DNA from: Tricharina praecox
Taxonomy: Eukaryota
Reading direction: 5' to 3'
NCBI RefSeq assembly: GCF_024521635.1
Contig: NW_026250405.1
Span: 744,001-808,000 of the forward strand
DNA length: 64,000 nucleotides
Positions 1 through 11,700 of this stretch are shown here, piece by piece. Each line of letters begins with the position of its first letter. Within the stretch, counting starts at the first letter, position 1. Made by a program: the position numbers and the translations under genes. The notes under the pieces were generated by a model. The model made no database searches and was not told where the DNA came from. It worked only from the letters and a program-made list of their open reading frames with translations.

Positions 1-230
1 GGCCGTGCAGCTGTTGAACGAGCGAGTCCCACAGTAGTTACCGGTGTGCCACTTTTCGGTCCGAGACCCTAACTTCACTCCACCTTGTAACCCTGGTAGA
101 TAGTGCAAGATAGCCGATCTTATGCTACTCGATGCCGATCCTGCTCGATACCGAAGTCAACGGGCTGTCCATCTGCGTCTCTGCATCCCGAGTCCGCTGG
201 GTACGTAGCAAAATGACAAAAAGAAATCAT

Positions 231-302
231 TGACCACGGCAGGGATCGAACCTGCAATCTCTTGATTCGTAGTCAAGCGCCTTGCCATTGGGCCACGCGG
301 CC
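231..302 (-). tRNA. tRNA-Arg(ACG): tRNA-Arg(ACG), intronless, copy 1
   Basis: Reverse complement reads GGCCGCGTGGCCCAATGGCAAGGCGCTTGACTACGAATCAAGAGATTGCAGGTTCGATCCCTGCCGTGGTCA. Anticodon arm CTTGA-CT-ACG-AA-TCAAG, T-loop GGTTCGATCC, downstream T-run. Confidence 0.96.
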
Positions 303-1047
303 GGATTCATGTCTCGTTTCAGCGACACACAATTTGTCTAGCTTTGCTGGATTTCAGTTTATTTCGTGGGGACCGAATCAACCGGTAGTGCGGCAGTGTC
401 TGCGCTGGGAGACGGCGTTGGAGGTTGGTGGGCGATGAGCACGAGCTGGTATATCCGGGGGCACCATGATAGGATGTGCCGTAGAAACCGTGCTGCTCAC
501 GGTCAACGTCAGGATGACTTTGAGAGGAGACGGTTGAGGAGAGCTAGCTAGAGGATTGAAGTACATCGGGCCAGTTTTCCCAAGAGACCCCGCCGGCAAT
601 AGCGAGCGTGCCACATTATAACCTGATCAGCGGCGGCGGTGGAAACATCGATCTGATACTGACCTAAGAAGGCACTGTAAAATCGATAGGTGCATGGATA
701 GAATGATATATGACGGCCTATACAATAAATACTCGTGTACCGGTGCTTGAGGAGGGAGCGGGTGAAGTGGACTCAGTGGACGTGTGATTTGAAACCTCGA
801 ATGGAATGGTGTCCAATGGGGAAAAGTACTTATGCCATTGAAATTTACATATTTTCTATCTAATGATATTGGAGGAAGAAACGCCAGCAACGGAAGTCTA
901 TGTAAGATATCAACGAGCACAATAGACCAGGGAACCAGCAGATGATGACCCAACAAAGCCAATGAAAATGAAAAGGAAAAAGAGAAAATGGTATATTGAC
1001 GAACTGGAAGAAAAAAAGAAAAAAAAGGTGAGGGGTTTTCCCGAGAT

Positions 1048-1089
1048 CACCACCTATTCATCAGGCTGGCGAAGTACGGACAGCGCTCC

Positions 1090-1136
<47 letters not shown>

Positions 1137-1351
1137 CCATTAATGATGGTAAACAGCAAGAGGTTCTTGAAGAAGCTGGTAAGGGAATTCTGGTCAGCTC
1201 TCCGGGAGACTGAGGATGATGGCGGGTGTGATTCTTACTCGGCTTCGAACTCCGGGCCTTTCATGGTCGGCCGCGGCTGCCGTGGCTGCCGCTTCTTTGA
1301 AATGTTGGATGACTACTTGGGAATCTTGGGAGCTTTCTCTGCGCGAGGCAT
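1048..1351 (-). pseudogene. BTB/POZ-domain pseudogene fragment (N-terminal part) in repeat copy A
   Basis: ATG 1351 MPRAEKAPKIPK*(TAG 1313-1315)..MKGPEFEA, intron 1238-1176 (GTAAGA..GCTGAC..CAG), then FFKNLLLFTIING-[poly-G]-ERCPYFASL, resembling the BTB N-terminal 'hk.lL...spyF..l' motif. The sequence then jumps directly into the shared 3' tail. Confidence 0.65.
1091..1135. repeat. Poly-C tract (45 nt)
   Basis: Directly visible homopolymer inside the BTB fragment of copy A. Confidence 0.95.
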
Positions 1352-4300
1352 CCTGACGGTGTGTTGGTCGAATGGAAGGTTTGTGGAGAAGAGATAGTGT
1401 GTGCGTAGGCTTGCGGAGGGAGAGAGATTGTCTGTGTGTGTAGATGAATGAGAAGTTGCGGTTCAATTCAACTTCTCGAGCCATAATCTCAGCTCTCAAC
1501 CTCCGGTTCCAACTCCTGACTGATGAACAAGCCGGTATCTTCCGTGATGAAAGAGTTTATGGGGTGCCGTTGACGACGCGGATGTCTATATATATGGAAT
1601 CAGCTCCACCAGCTTCTTGCCCTCTAGGCTCTGAAAGCAGTACCCAGATGTGCCAAAGGCAGCGTACCCAGGTGCCGCGGGCAAAACATTTGTACAAACC
1701 GATGTGCAATTCGTCGCAGCCGCGCCGCGTTGCTCAGTCGCCATCAGTTCTTCATACAGGGTCCGCTTTACGATTGACAATCGTAGCTACTGCCACAGGC
1801 TATGATACCTCCACTGTTCGGGACCACTCAATCCGGCTAGTGTGGCTATGATCCGACTACATAGCCACTCCTCGTAGGTATCGTATCTGATTCATATATC
1901 TATCCTGCATATCGTTCCTCTCATGGTGGTGGTAGACAGACGATGGACCCTGGAGGGCTTCAGCCAATAACCGATTCAGGCCTCTTCAGCAATAGGTAGT
2001 TAGCTATGATGGGAAAGAACAAAAAATTGCCGACGGCCTCTGGTCGCCCAGGAACACGGTTGGCAGAGGCTGCCGCACCAATCACCTACCTCATAATCTA
2101 CCGTAGAAGAGTATATACTGGCGTCATCCTTCTTTATAGTGGAGTAAGTTTCATTCTGGACGTCCGGCCGGCACATACCTCCTACCTACTAGTATGTTCT
2201 AGCCTAGAAATCGACCCGACGGCGGATCGCTACCGGTAGTCCAGCGGCCAGCCTTATCATCGGCCAGCCTTGCCACCGGTAGACCAGTCACTAAACCTGG
2301 AACCTTCTCCAGCCCACCACACGGCGCACGGGGGTGGGGGTCCATGGACAAATTACATTCAAACCGTTTGTCTCCGTGAACGTTCCTCTAACCAAAGCCA
2401 CCTCCAGCCGGCTGCCAGCTGCTAGCCCAGCCCAGTTTCAAGTTTCAAGTTTCCGATACCAGCTGGAGCCTGGTACTGCGATCCCCGCTGGTAGTAAGTA
2501 TGCATATGTTCCCATTCCCGTTGCTGCTTTCGTATCATGCGAGGGGAAGGGGGGCGGGTGATTAGTGATTGGTGCGCCCTACCTAGAGTATTGCGGGCTG
2601 TTCAAGGACGCTGAGTGGTTCCCGTGGTTCCGTGATCTCCGGATCCGTTATGTGGGATATGTACCTGATGTATGGACGGAGATTTATACACAGGGTTTTG
2701 AAATGATCGTTACGTATGGACTGGTACGTAGCTGAACTTCAACCTGTCGTAATGGTTGCCGGTGGAATACCGGTAGCGGGAACGAAACGGGAAACGGGAT
2801 TGCGTCTCAGTGATATTCTCGAATCTCGAGTGCACATTCTGGATGGAGAGAGGGAGGGATCTTCAATTTATTTTGTATGCAGTCTATCTAGACTATGGCA
2901 AATAGTCGCACTCTATTCTCGTCCACTCTGGCCAGCCGGGGTGGAGACCCCGCTACCGACCAGCACGAAGTGGCGCCGTGCACATTCTGGAGTTTTGGAG
3001 CTGCCCGTTAGGTGGTTGGTTACAGTACGAGTGAGCGAACACACCAGCACCGTCCGATCAGCGACAGGACTTCACTCGATCATATCATTGCGAAGGCGAC
3101 TCCCCAAGGCTGCCTTTGCCTTTGCCTTTGCCTCTGCCATTCCGGCGCGTCAGGCGTATGTAGGGGGGCTGGCATCGCATTAAAGTGCATTTCCACATTT
3201 CCGCACGTACGTCGTGGGTACGTAAATACTGCAGACACAGACGCAGAGGAAATCGAGGTTTCGAACTTTGATCCCCTTACTTTTGTAACTATGTGTCAAG
3301 ATTCCTCCGCCGGGGGCCACGCACGCAAGCAGGCAGGCAGGCAGGCAGGCAAGCGGATGCAAGACATAGGTATCTGCTCCCCTTGAATCCAGGATTTTAA
3401 CGCCTGCGAGATGTGCTATTGGTGGCCGGCGCCATCTATGAGGCGCAGTCGGAATCACGTGGGGACGTGTACACTCCGCGCGTATGGCTCAGGGGGTTGT
3501 TGATTTTTTTCTCCTCGTTCCACGGATGTGAAAGGTTGACGTTGGTCAATGCCGGTTGCGTCCATAATCTCCATTCGGACGGTCGGAGTTGGCGCGGCCG
3601 TGAAGGATTCTCTCCTCGCCCACAGAAGCCTCACCGCAAAGTATTCCCTCGTCGCCACAAAAGCCTCATCAGAGTGCAATTGGGACTTGCACTCTCTGCT
3701 CCGAATCTGCGCCGCAAGCAGCCATCGCCGCTGGCAGCCAGTTCCAGTATGCGCCGTAGACACGGCGTAGAGTGCGTACGGTAGTTGAATTGTAAAAAAC
3801 ACGCCATGCATATAGTACGTGCAGAAAAGGCGGCGGATCGATGCACGCCCCCGTCGCAATGCTGCTTGCAATACTGCTTGCAATGCATCGACGGCGATGA
3901 AACGCGGTTTGGCGAGCAGCGTCGTCGTGAATCGTCGCCTCGAGTCCGCGACATCCATAGTAGCGACGTCAGAACGAAGATCATGCCTGCCAAAAATAAG
4001 TCAATCGGAACTTGCAGTCTTGAAGACATGGACAGGGCGAGGACGAGGGCAACTTGCAAGGTGGGGAATCCATCGCCAAGAAGGTGCTAGAACGGCTGGC
4101 CTGTGCTTCCGGCTTCGGTGCCTAACGGTGTCGGGACTCGACGAGTCACGACGGCTTTTATTAGATGCCCGGTATCGAATAGCCGCCTGCCTTACTTGCG
4201 CCAGCCAACCAGACGCCCGTGTGGGGACCGAATCCGCACAACGCGTCCCAACCCGGCCACACGAAACCAACAGCTGCTCGCTGGCAGCTCCTGGCCTCAT

Positions 4301-5127
4301 CCCCATGCCCATCCCCCTCCTCATCCTCCAGGGCGAAACGCTGGAACGCGGACGGCAGACTGATGGGCGGTGTGATGTGATTCCTGCAGGTACAGACCCG
4401 GCCCATGCTGGGATCCATTGGCGGTTTCGCCGCCCTTTCTTCTCGCTCGACGTCTCGATGCTGGATGTTCCTCACCCCCTCGATTATTGGCCGCAGACGG
4501 GTGGCTGTATATATTGCTTAATCTCCGCTGTTTGCTGCATGTTTCCTTCCTCCTCCTCATAAGCCAGACATACCACCGCACTGTGCAGCGAAGTTCTTTT
4601 TTTCCTTTCCTTTCTTTTCCGTTTCCGTCTTGTTTTTTTCCTTGCCTTCTTTCTTTACGCACAATCGTTCTTTCAGCTCGGGAAGCTACAGACTTTTTCG
4701 TACACTCAGAGCCGGGCTCATTTCAACATTCCATTTTATTTCCTCCCCCAGTTGATGTGCATTTCCACATCGTCCATTCCTAAGCCATCACGAGAGATAC
4801 GCTCGCTCATACACACACATACCTGACGAAAGAAAAAGAGAAAGACACAAAACCCTTCCCCCCGCCGCCGCTCCCCACCAATACCATTCTTCTTCCTCTC
4901 CCTCCGCTGTGCAGGATCGCCAAAACACAATCGCTCTTCTTCTACTACTACCCAGACTCTCATTAACGTCTGTTTCTTCGTCTCCATCCCTAGTTCTGGT
5001 TCGATACCATCAACAACCAACACGCTACGCTCTATAATACCCGTTTTGATACCAGGCCCCGTTCGGTGTTTTCATATTCGACTCGCCCGCAAAAAATAAA
5101 AGTTCAATCCAAAACACACACAAAAAA

Positions 5128-5934
5128 ATGCATCACATCCACCTCTCAGACGTAAGTCACCATGTCCCCTTCAAGCCCTTGCACACACACCCGCTAACAC
5201 ACAAGTAGGCCGCACTGGCACTGTCCCGCATCCTCCACTTCCACCGCATCCACCACGGCTTCTTCGGCGGCTTTGCGATCCTGTCGACAACACAATCGCC
5301 CAGCCGGGAGACCAAAGACCTGGACGTGCTCGTGTCGGCAACCAAATCCACCATCACATCTCTGCTATCGCAGCGACACGGCTGGCTCGAGATCCCGCAG
5401 AACCGGGAAGACTACGTCGCATATTTCTACCGCAACCCGTACTCGAGCGGCTCCTCCGCCAGCAGCATCAGCAGCACGAGCACCGAGTCCGAACTCGAAG
5501 ACAAGCCCGCACCCATGGTTTTGGTGGAGATGTTCGTGGGCCACCAAGCGGAGCGGTTCCCCGTGAGCAAGAACTGCGTGCTGCGGGGGCGACACATGGG
5601 GACGAGCTACGTGCCGATCCTGAGCGAAGAGTACCTGTTCCGTGGAAAACTCAATGCCGCCGCCACCCGCGGGAAGAAGGGCGACGTCGATGATATCCTC
5701 TACCTCGTCGAGACGTATGCGGACGTCATAAAGGACCGCCTCGACGGCGTCGATAAGAAGGTCGTCAATGAGGCTGTCAGGAGACATCCTGAGCTTAGGC
5801 GCGCCCTGATGAAGGTCGGTATTCGCGCACCCAGAGCACCGCTCCAGTGGGGGCTGAAGAAGGAGAAGATCGTCTTCTCGGTGGTGCCCGCGAAGACGTG
5901 GGATGTTCACCGTGGGCTCGGGTGGCGCGAGTAG
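5128..5934 (+). CDS. Nucleotidyltransferase-fold protein, AbiEii/pol-beta-like; exons 5128-5151, 5209-5934 (~249 aa)
   Basis: Intron 5152-5208 (GTAAGT..GCTAAC..TAG) gives MHHIHLSDAALALSRILHFHRIHHGFFGGFAIL...SRETKDLDVLV...FRGKLNAAATRGKKGDVDDILYL. The GG, R.T.D.D and K....R....D..D motifs are typical of AbiEii-like NTases. Confidence 0.7.
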
Positions 5935-7093
5935 AGCGTGTGGTGTGCCGCATTCATTTTTTTTTTGTGTTCTTCCTTTTGCACCTTTTGTTTTTCCACA
6001 TCATAGCGAGCGGGTTCTGTTATTTTCTCCCTTTCCTTTTTTTTTGTTATGTTTTGGGTTGGGTTGGGATGGAGGCCTGGGTTTTGTTTCTCATCATTTT
6101 CTTGCGTTTTGGTTTTCCAGCGTTGCATCGACTCCCCTCAGATGGGGATGTTTGGAATTGTGCTTTTTTGGTTTTGTTTGGATTATTTACTCTACATTCG
6201 ATTAATCTTGTTATCTAGACCTTTGCTCACTTCTACTATGTAACGGTATTTGAAAAGGACGGTATGGCTGGCTGTGTTACGTGTGTACTCTACTACGACT
6301 TGGAGGATGGCGGTGGGATGGGAGGAGGGGTGGGGTGGGGTGGGGTGGGCAGGGCAGGGCAGGGAAGGAATGGAGGAATGCAATTGTGACGGTTTCTTGA
6401 AGTTGCCTCTTGGTGATCTACTACAACAGTATCTACTCCGATCGCGAAAATGTTGGTGTTGGTGATGTTGACAATGTTGGTGCTGTGATACCTACCTGTG
6501 AGATGAACGGGGGAACGAGTGGAGATGCCATATGCCATGCTACAATATGCTACCCACAATCAAACAAACGCATGGACCAGGTTGTGGGCGCCTACGGGTA
6601 CTTGGGTAGGGTAGGTAGGATCCGTGCATAACCTGTTAGAGTAGGGTAGAGTAGAGTAGAGTAAACACAAACGAGGCGATCAAACAGTTGATGCAGGAGC
6701 CATGAGCGAGAGCGACGAGCAGGGAGTAGGGAGGGGCTTACACCGGGAGGCGGCTACTAAAGCGCTGCGTTATGCACTACAGGTAGCGGTATGTGGATAT
6801 CGATACTTGGGTGTCGATATTGTCCCGGCGCATAACAGCTCAAATCAAATCAGATCATGGTTATCCCGCAATGTCCTCCGCAGTCTATTATTCTGTCCGT
6901 ATCTACACTATCTAGGTAGTCCACAAACCTACCCGCCGCCGCCAGCTACATAGCTACAACCGCGCCTTCCCCTAGGTATTGCCCCACCGCACAACAGATC
7001 AGATCATGGTTATTCCGCAATGTCCTCCGCAGTCTACTATTCTGGCCGTATCTACACCGGTCCACCAACACCACCACCGGCACAGCTCTGTAC

Positions 7094-7849
7094 CTACAAC
7101 CGTGCCTTCCCCCTCCCCTTCTCCCAAAGCCCCCAATTCCCCCCCTCCTTCTCCTCCCTTAACAGCACCCTCACCCCCCCACCTTCCCCGTTCCTCCCAC
7201 CATCCTCTTTCCCTTTGCCCTCCCCACCCTCCCCTTCAATCAGCACCTCCTCACAATCCACCGCCGTCCCATTCTCCGCAACAACAACCACGAAATCCAC
7301 CCTCCCCCCAAGCACAACCATAGGCGCATGCCACGTGCCGGCGCTATACGTCACCGCCTGCCCTCTTTCCGCCCTGAACGCCCGCACCCCCTCGAGAACG
7401 GGCCAGCCATCGGCGGCTGTGGGCGCTACGATTACTACATAGGCCGCCGCCTCCGCCTCTGGGGTGTCGGAGGAGGCTGCGTCGGAGAAGGCTAAAGGAA
7501 TAAACGTCTGCGTGGTGCACGGATGGCGCTCGAGGATGCGGACGGCGAACTCGCCGGACGGCGGGAGTGCGCGTGGAGAGCACGAGAAGAGGTGGAGGTT
7601 GTGTGTTGCCTCTGGGGTGCTGGGGGTAGGTGGGGGGTAGGTGTGGACTATGGAAGAGATGTGGGGGTATTTTAGGGCTGTGCCTTGGTTCGCGTTTATT
7701 GCCGGGGGGAAAGAGGTGTTGGTGGGGGAGGTGCTGGCGCGAGGTGTCTCGATACACACGCCGAATGGCGCGAAGGCGGCGGGGGTGAAGGGCTCGAGAC
7801 GGAGCACGGGGAGCGACGGCGGCGCGGTGAGAGTTTTGAGGATTGCCAT
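7094..7849 (-). CDS. DAL3: Ureidoglycolate lyase/hydrolase
   Basis: Single-exon 251 aa ORF with EPFTPAAFAPFG, ANQGTALK, LERHPCTTQTFIP and GQAVTYSAGTWHAPM, characteristic of the ureidoglycolate lyase family. Confidence 0.9.
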   Translation of the reverse strand: MAILKTLTAPPSLPVLRLEPFTPAAFAPFGVCIETPRASTSPTNTSFPPAINANQGTALKYPHISSIVHTYPPPTPSTPEATHNLHLFSCSPRALPPSGEFAVRILERHPCTTQTFIPLAFSDAASSDTPEAEAAAYVVIVAPTAADGWPVLEGVRAFRAERGQAVTYSAGTWHAPMVVLGGRVDFVVVVAENGTAVDCEEVLIEGEGGEGKGKEDGGRNGEGGGVRVLLREEKEGGNWGLWEKGRGKARL

Positions 7850-7922
7850 TGCCTCTTGTTGTTTCTCGGTAGTGTTGCGCGTTGTTGTCTTTGTGCGTTG
7901 TGGTGTGGGGGAGAGGAGGAGA

Positions 7923-7976
7923 GGTGGTGGTGGTGGTGGTGGTGGTGGTGGTGGTGGTGGTGGTGGCGGCGGTGGT
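7923..7976. repeat. (GGT)n microsatellite upstream of DAL3
   Basis: Directly visible trinucleotide run. Confidence 0.9.
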
Positions 7977-8743
7977 ATTTACTCTACTCTAGGTGGCCAC
8001 TCGGCGCTCGCTCCGGACTTCGCATTCGGAATTCGGAATTCGGAATTCGCCTGTTGACGGTAACTACGGTATCAATGCATCTGTGTAGAGTATCGATATC
8101 CGTGGTGATGATAGATAATCGGCATAGGCACTAGCAGCCGGTACTCTACAGGATAGCTCCTTGTTAAGGCACCTAACTACATCACACTAACTATAGTAGT
8201 CAGGGCTGTGATAACGCGCTCTCTCGCCATCCACCGAAGCCATCCATCGTGAGCGAATCGAATCGAACTTCAACTTCCAAGACTCAACTCTCAGGCTCAA
8301 CTCCAAGGCTCCAACTCAAGCTACCCCATCTCATTCCATTACATCAAGTACTTTAGGTATATAGTAGAGTATATGTAGCGAGCCGTCTATCAAAAACCGA
8401 TGATACCCTAAATTCCAATACCCCAGAAATGTCGGGAAACCAAAAGGGAGACAAGAAAAACAAACATAACTCCGTCTTTTGCCCGCACTCCCTTTGCCGC
8501 ACTCACTCACAAGCCTCCCCATTTCTACCCCATGAGTCCCAAAAAACCCCCAAAAAACCCCCAGAAACAAGACATGCCACGACAAGATAAACCAAAACCA
8601 AAAAAAAAAACCACACACAGCGCCAAAATATTGCCTATCCATTCCGCCCAAAAAAGAGAAATAACAAACCAAAAAACCAAAAGAACCAAAAAGATAAACC
8701 CCCGCTCCGCCCGCTAAAATCACGAAAGAAAGTCCCCGCTCAA

Positions 8744-11700
8744 TCAATACCTTCCCCCCGGCTTCAACGCCTTGAGATCAATATCACCGCCCTCGCCTTT
8801 GACCCACTTCCTCCAGGCCTCTTCATACGCGTCTTCCAGGTCGCTCACCCAGCGCTTAGTATTAAACAGCTCGCTGGTCCATCGGTTCGTGAACAGGACT
8901 TTCCGGATATCGCCCAGCTCGCCGGCATATTCCCCCTCGCCGCCGATGCGGTACGCCATTCCCGCCGCCAGCTCGATCGCACGGCGCTCATAGTCGTCTT
9001 CGCTTGTTGCCACCAAGCCGTTTGCGATGGCCCTCCCCTCGTCCGTTTGCGGCACTGCGGCTCGGAGAATACTCGCCGCGATGCGAGAGCACATCTTGTG
9101 TTTGTGCCGTGGCAGCGTCAGTAGAGGCGTGCCGCTCCAGAGGACGTCGGCGGCTGTGGTGTGCGCATTACATTCCGGCGTGTCCAGGAAGAGGTCGCAC
9201 ACCTGCGCACGCGAGATGTGCAGAGGTTTCGGCGCGACATCGGTGAATATGATTCGTGACGCAACCTCTTTGGATGCCCATGACTCGGCCAAGGAGAGAA
9301 GATTGGCTTCGCCGATGTCCGGAAAGCGAAGCAGCCATAACACGGCCTTCGGAACCGCCGCCAGAATACGCAACCAGGTCCGGAACGTTGTTGGCTCGAC
9401 CTACAACATATTAATACAATCCATACCGAGTGACAGGAATGGAGACTTACCTTGTACAGCTGGTTGAAGTTCCCCAGGATGATCCGATCATCCTCGAGCT
9501 GTGGAAAAATATCTTTCCTCATCTTCCACCGCCTCTTGACTTCATCATCCCAGCCAAGCCGTTGCAACTGCGAATCCGGAGCACTCTGTCGATGATCGCA
9601 ACAGAAAAACGTGTAGCGAGCGAATATAATATTCTCGGAGTATACCCAGTCGTTATCCGCGTCCTCGCTGATGCCCTGGATAGCATCGTCGACGTCCACG
9701 TTCCGCCTGCTCTTCCGCAGCATCCCGGGTGGTACAGCCGTCGTGTCGGCGTACAAGTAGTCGCACCATTCCGCGCCGAGTGTGCCCGCGAATCCCATGA
9801 ATCCCATTTGTATCGGCGCCGGCCTAGCAGCAAACACCTCGTTGCGGGCACCTCGTGTGAACCCGTTGAGATTGATCAGGATATGTATGCCGTCCTCCAC
9901 GATCTTTTGAACCAGGCGATCAGGTCCCCATGTGTGTGCGTCGTAAAACACGGGGGACTCGGCCTCGATCTGTTTCCGATGCTCGGAATTGTCGCTCACA
10001 GAAGTGGCATAGCAATACGCCTTGACACGGGTCTGGTCGTGCAGACCGAATACCGACTGCATGAGGTGAGCAAGAGGGTGGTTGTTGAAGTCCGAAGACA
10101 CATATCCCACACGTAGATACGGCGCTGGAGGCGCGGGCGGGGGGTAGATGTGTGGTGCCAGCCAGGCCGACCGTAATGTCGAGCAAGATATTCTGAGTCC
10201 GTTCCGCTCGGATATGAGCCTGACCTCCTTTGCCGATAGCGGACAGGTGAAAGTATGGAACGGCAGCACCGTCGGAGCACTCGGCGTGGTCAACGTCGGG
10301 GGAACCATTGGCCGGCGATATGCTGTGCGAGGCTTGTTGATGCCTTTCACGTACTTGTCCTGGTACCATCTCCACACGGCCTGCCGACTAGCCCGCTCGA
10401 TCAACCGGATGACCTTCGCGCCTTCATACGCTCGGCCAGCCCACCCTGCCACAATCCTTTGCAGCGACGTGTTCCTGTTATCATCCAGATACCCATGCTC
10501 GGCATATGCGATGTCCCTAACGAAGTGACTGAGCATGTCTCCAGGCAGAGAATTTTTCCCCCACGATTCTCCCTGGAGCAACTGCTTCTCGACAATCCCC
10601 ACAACTCTGTCCATCCACCCGCTGCTGACTGCTCCCACCGCCTTGGCGTCCCTCAACATTCCGCCGTCGTCGACATGCCACCTGTCCCTATTCCCTCCAT
10701 CCCTGACCACTCCGCCTCTTCCCTTCCAATCGCAAACACTATTGAGGGCGGTCGCCAGCCCACACACAGCCTCTGCAAAGTCCGGGTTTGCCTTGACGGC
10801 CCGACGGTAGTACTCAATGGCCTCCTTGATGCGTCCTTGATCCTTGACAGCGTTTGCAAGGTTTGCCAGAGCGATATCAAATGAAGGATCGCAAGCAACA
10901 GCTTGCTCGTACATCTTGATGGCTGTCGGTAGATGGTTGATGTCCTTGAGCAAGCTCCCCAAGTTGGTATACAGATGCGCGTGCCGATTATCCAGGTTGA
11001 GTCCATAATAGTAATACAGGAGAGCCAACCCGACACCATTGCTGTGTCCACCATGGGGGTTTTTACCTGGCAACACTGGGGCTGAAGAACCCTGTTGTAG
11101 ACTGGCGAGGAGGATGCCCACATTGTTGGCGGTCGAGGGGCTTGCGTGGAGCGAAAGCGAAAGATAGTAAAGAGCGAGAATGTCCTTAACATTAGCACCC
11201 GGCCGCCCAGCTGTTGCCCCACCTGACGACATCCCATCCTGGAAAATCTTCGCGAGTGACAGCAGTGAGTTACTGGTGGTCGAAATGGCCGCCTTCAACG
11301 CCGCAGTGTTGGAGATATCTCGCAGGCCCGGTAGGCTGCCATCGGGAGGGAAAACAAGCCTGGCGGTCTGTATCGCCTTATCCGGTGGTAATAACACGGG
11401 CGTTTGTGGCGGGTTAGGCGAAAGTTCGGATAGATTGACACGTTCGGTTGCTGCCTTGAGGACCACAAGGATCTTGTTGATGAGGGATTGAATGCCACCA
11501 CTCTGAATCCCAGCCGACAGAAGAACAGCGTCCTCGAACGCTTTGGCAGCACCAACGTTGTCGCCCAACGTGTAGAGCATATTCCCCTTGGCATGGATGA
11601 GAGCTATAATTCGACCATTGTCGGAACCGGGGATCATGAAACCGTTTGTGCAAGGAGCGGTCCTTGTGACCTCCTGCCGCTTACCACCAAAGATGTACTC

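Larger units (their letters stand above)
630..1910 (-). mobile_element. Dispersed repeat family copy A, carrying a BTB/POZ gene fragment (putative non-autonomous element)
   Basis: Aligns by eye with 21057-22240 (same strand) and 29028-30114 (opposite strand). All three share the tail (TACAATAAATACTCGTGTACCGGTGCTTGA...) and leader (GTTTGTGGAGAAGAGATAGTGT...GTAGGCTTGCGGAGG). The distal end GATAGATATATGAATCAGATA..GAGGAGTGGCTATGTAGTCGGATCATAGCCACACTAGCCGGATTG is shared with copy C. Mobility is inferred; no transposase is seen. Confidence 0.7.

Noticed and set aside
962..1213. Poly-proline ORF on the + strand
   Set aside because: It is a translation of the poly-C tract, antisense to the BTB pseudogene.
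2716..4783. Cluster of 100-250 aa overlapping ORFs
   Set aside because: No recognisable motifs or consistent coding frame; likely upstream/UTR region of the NTase gene.
5847..6559. Phe-rich hydrophobic ORFs resembling membrane proteins
   Set aside because: They arise from T-rich 3' UTR and simple repeats.
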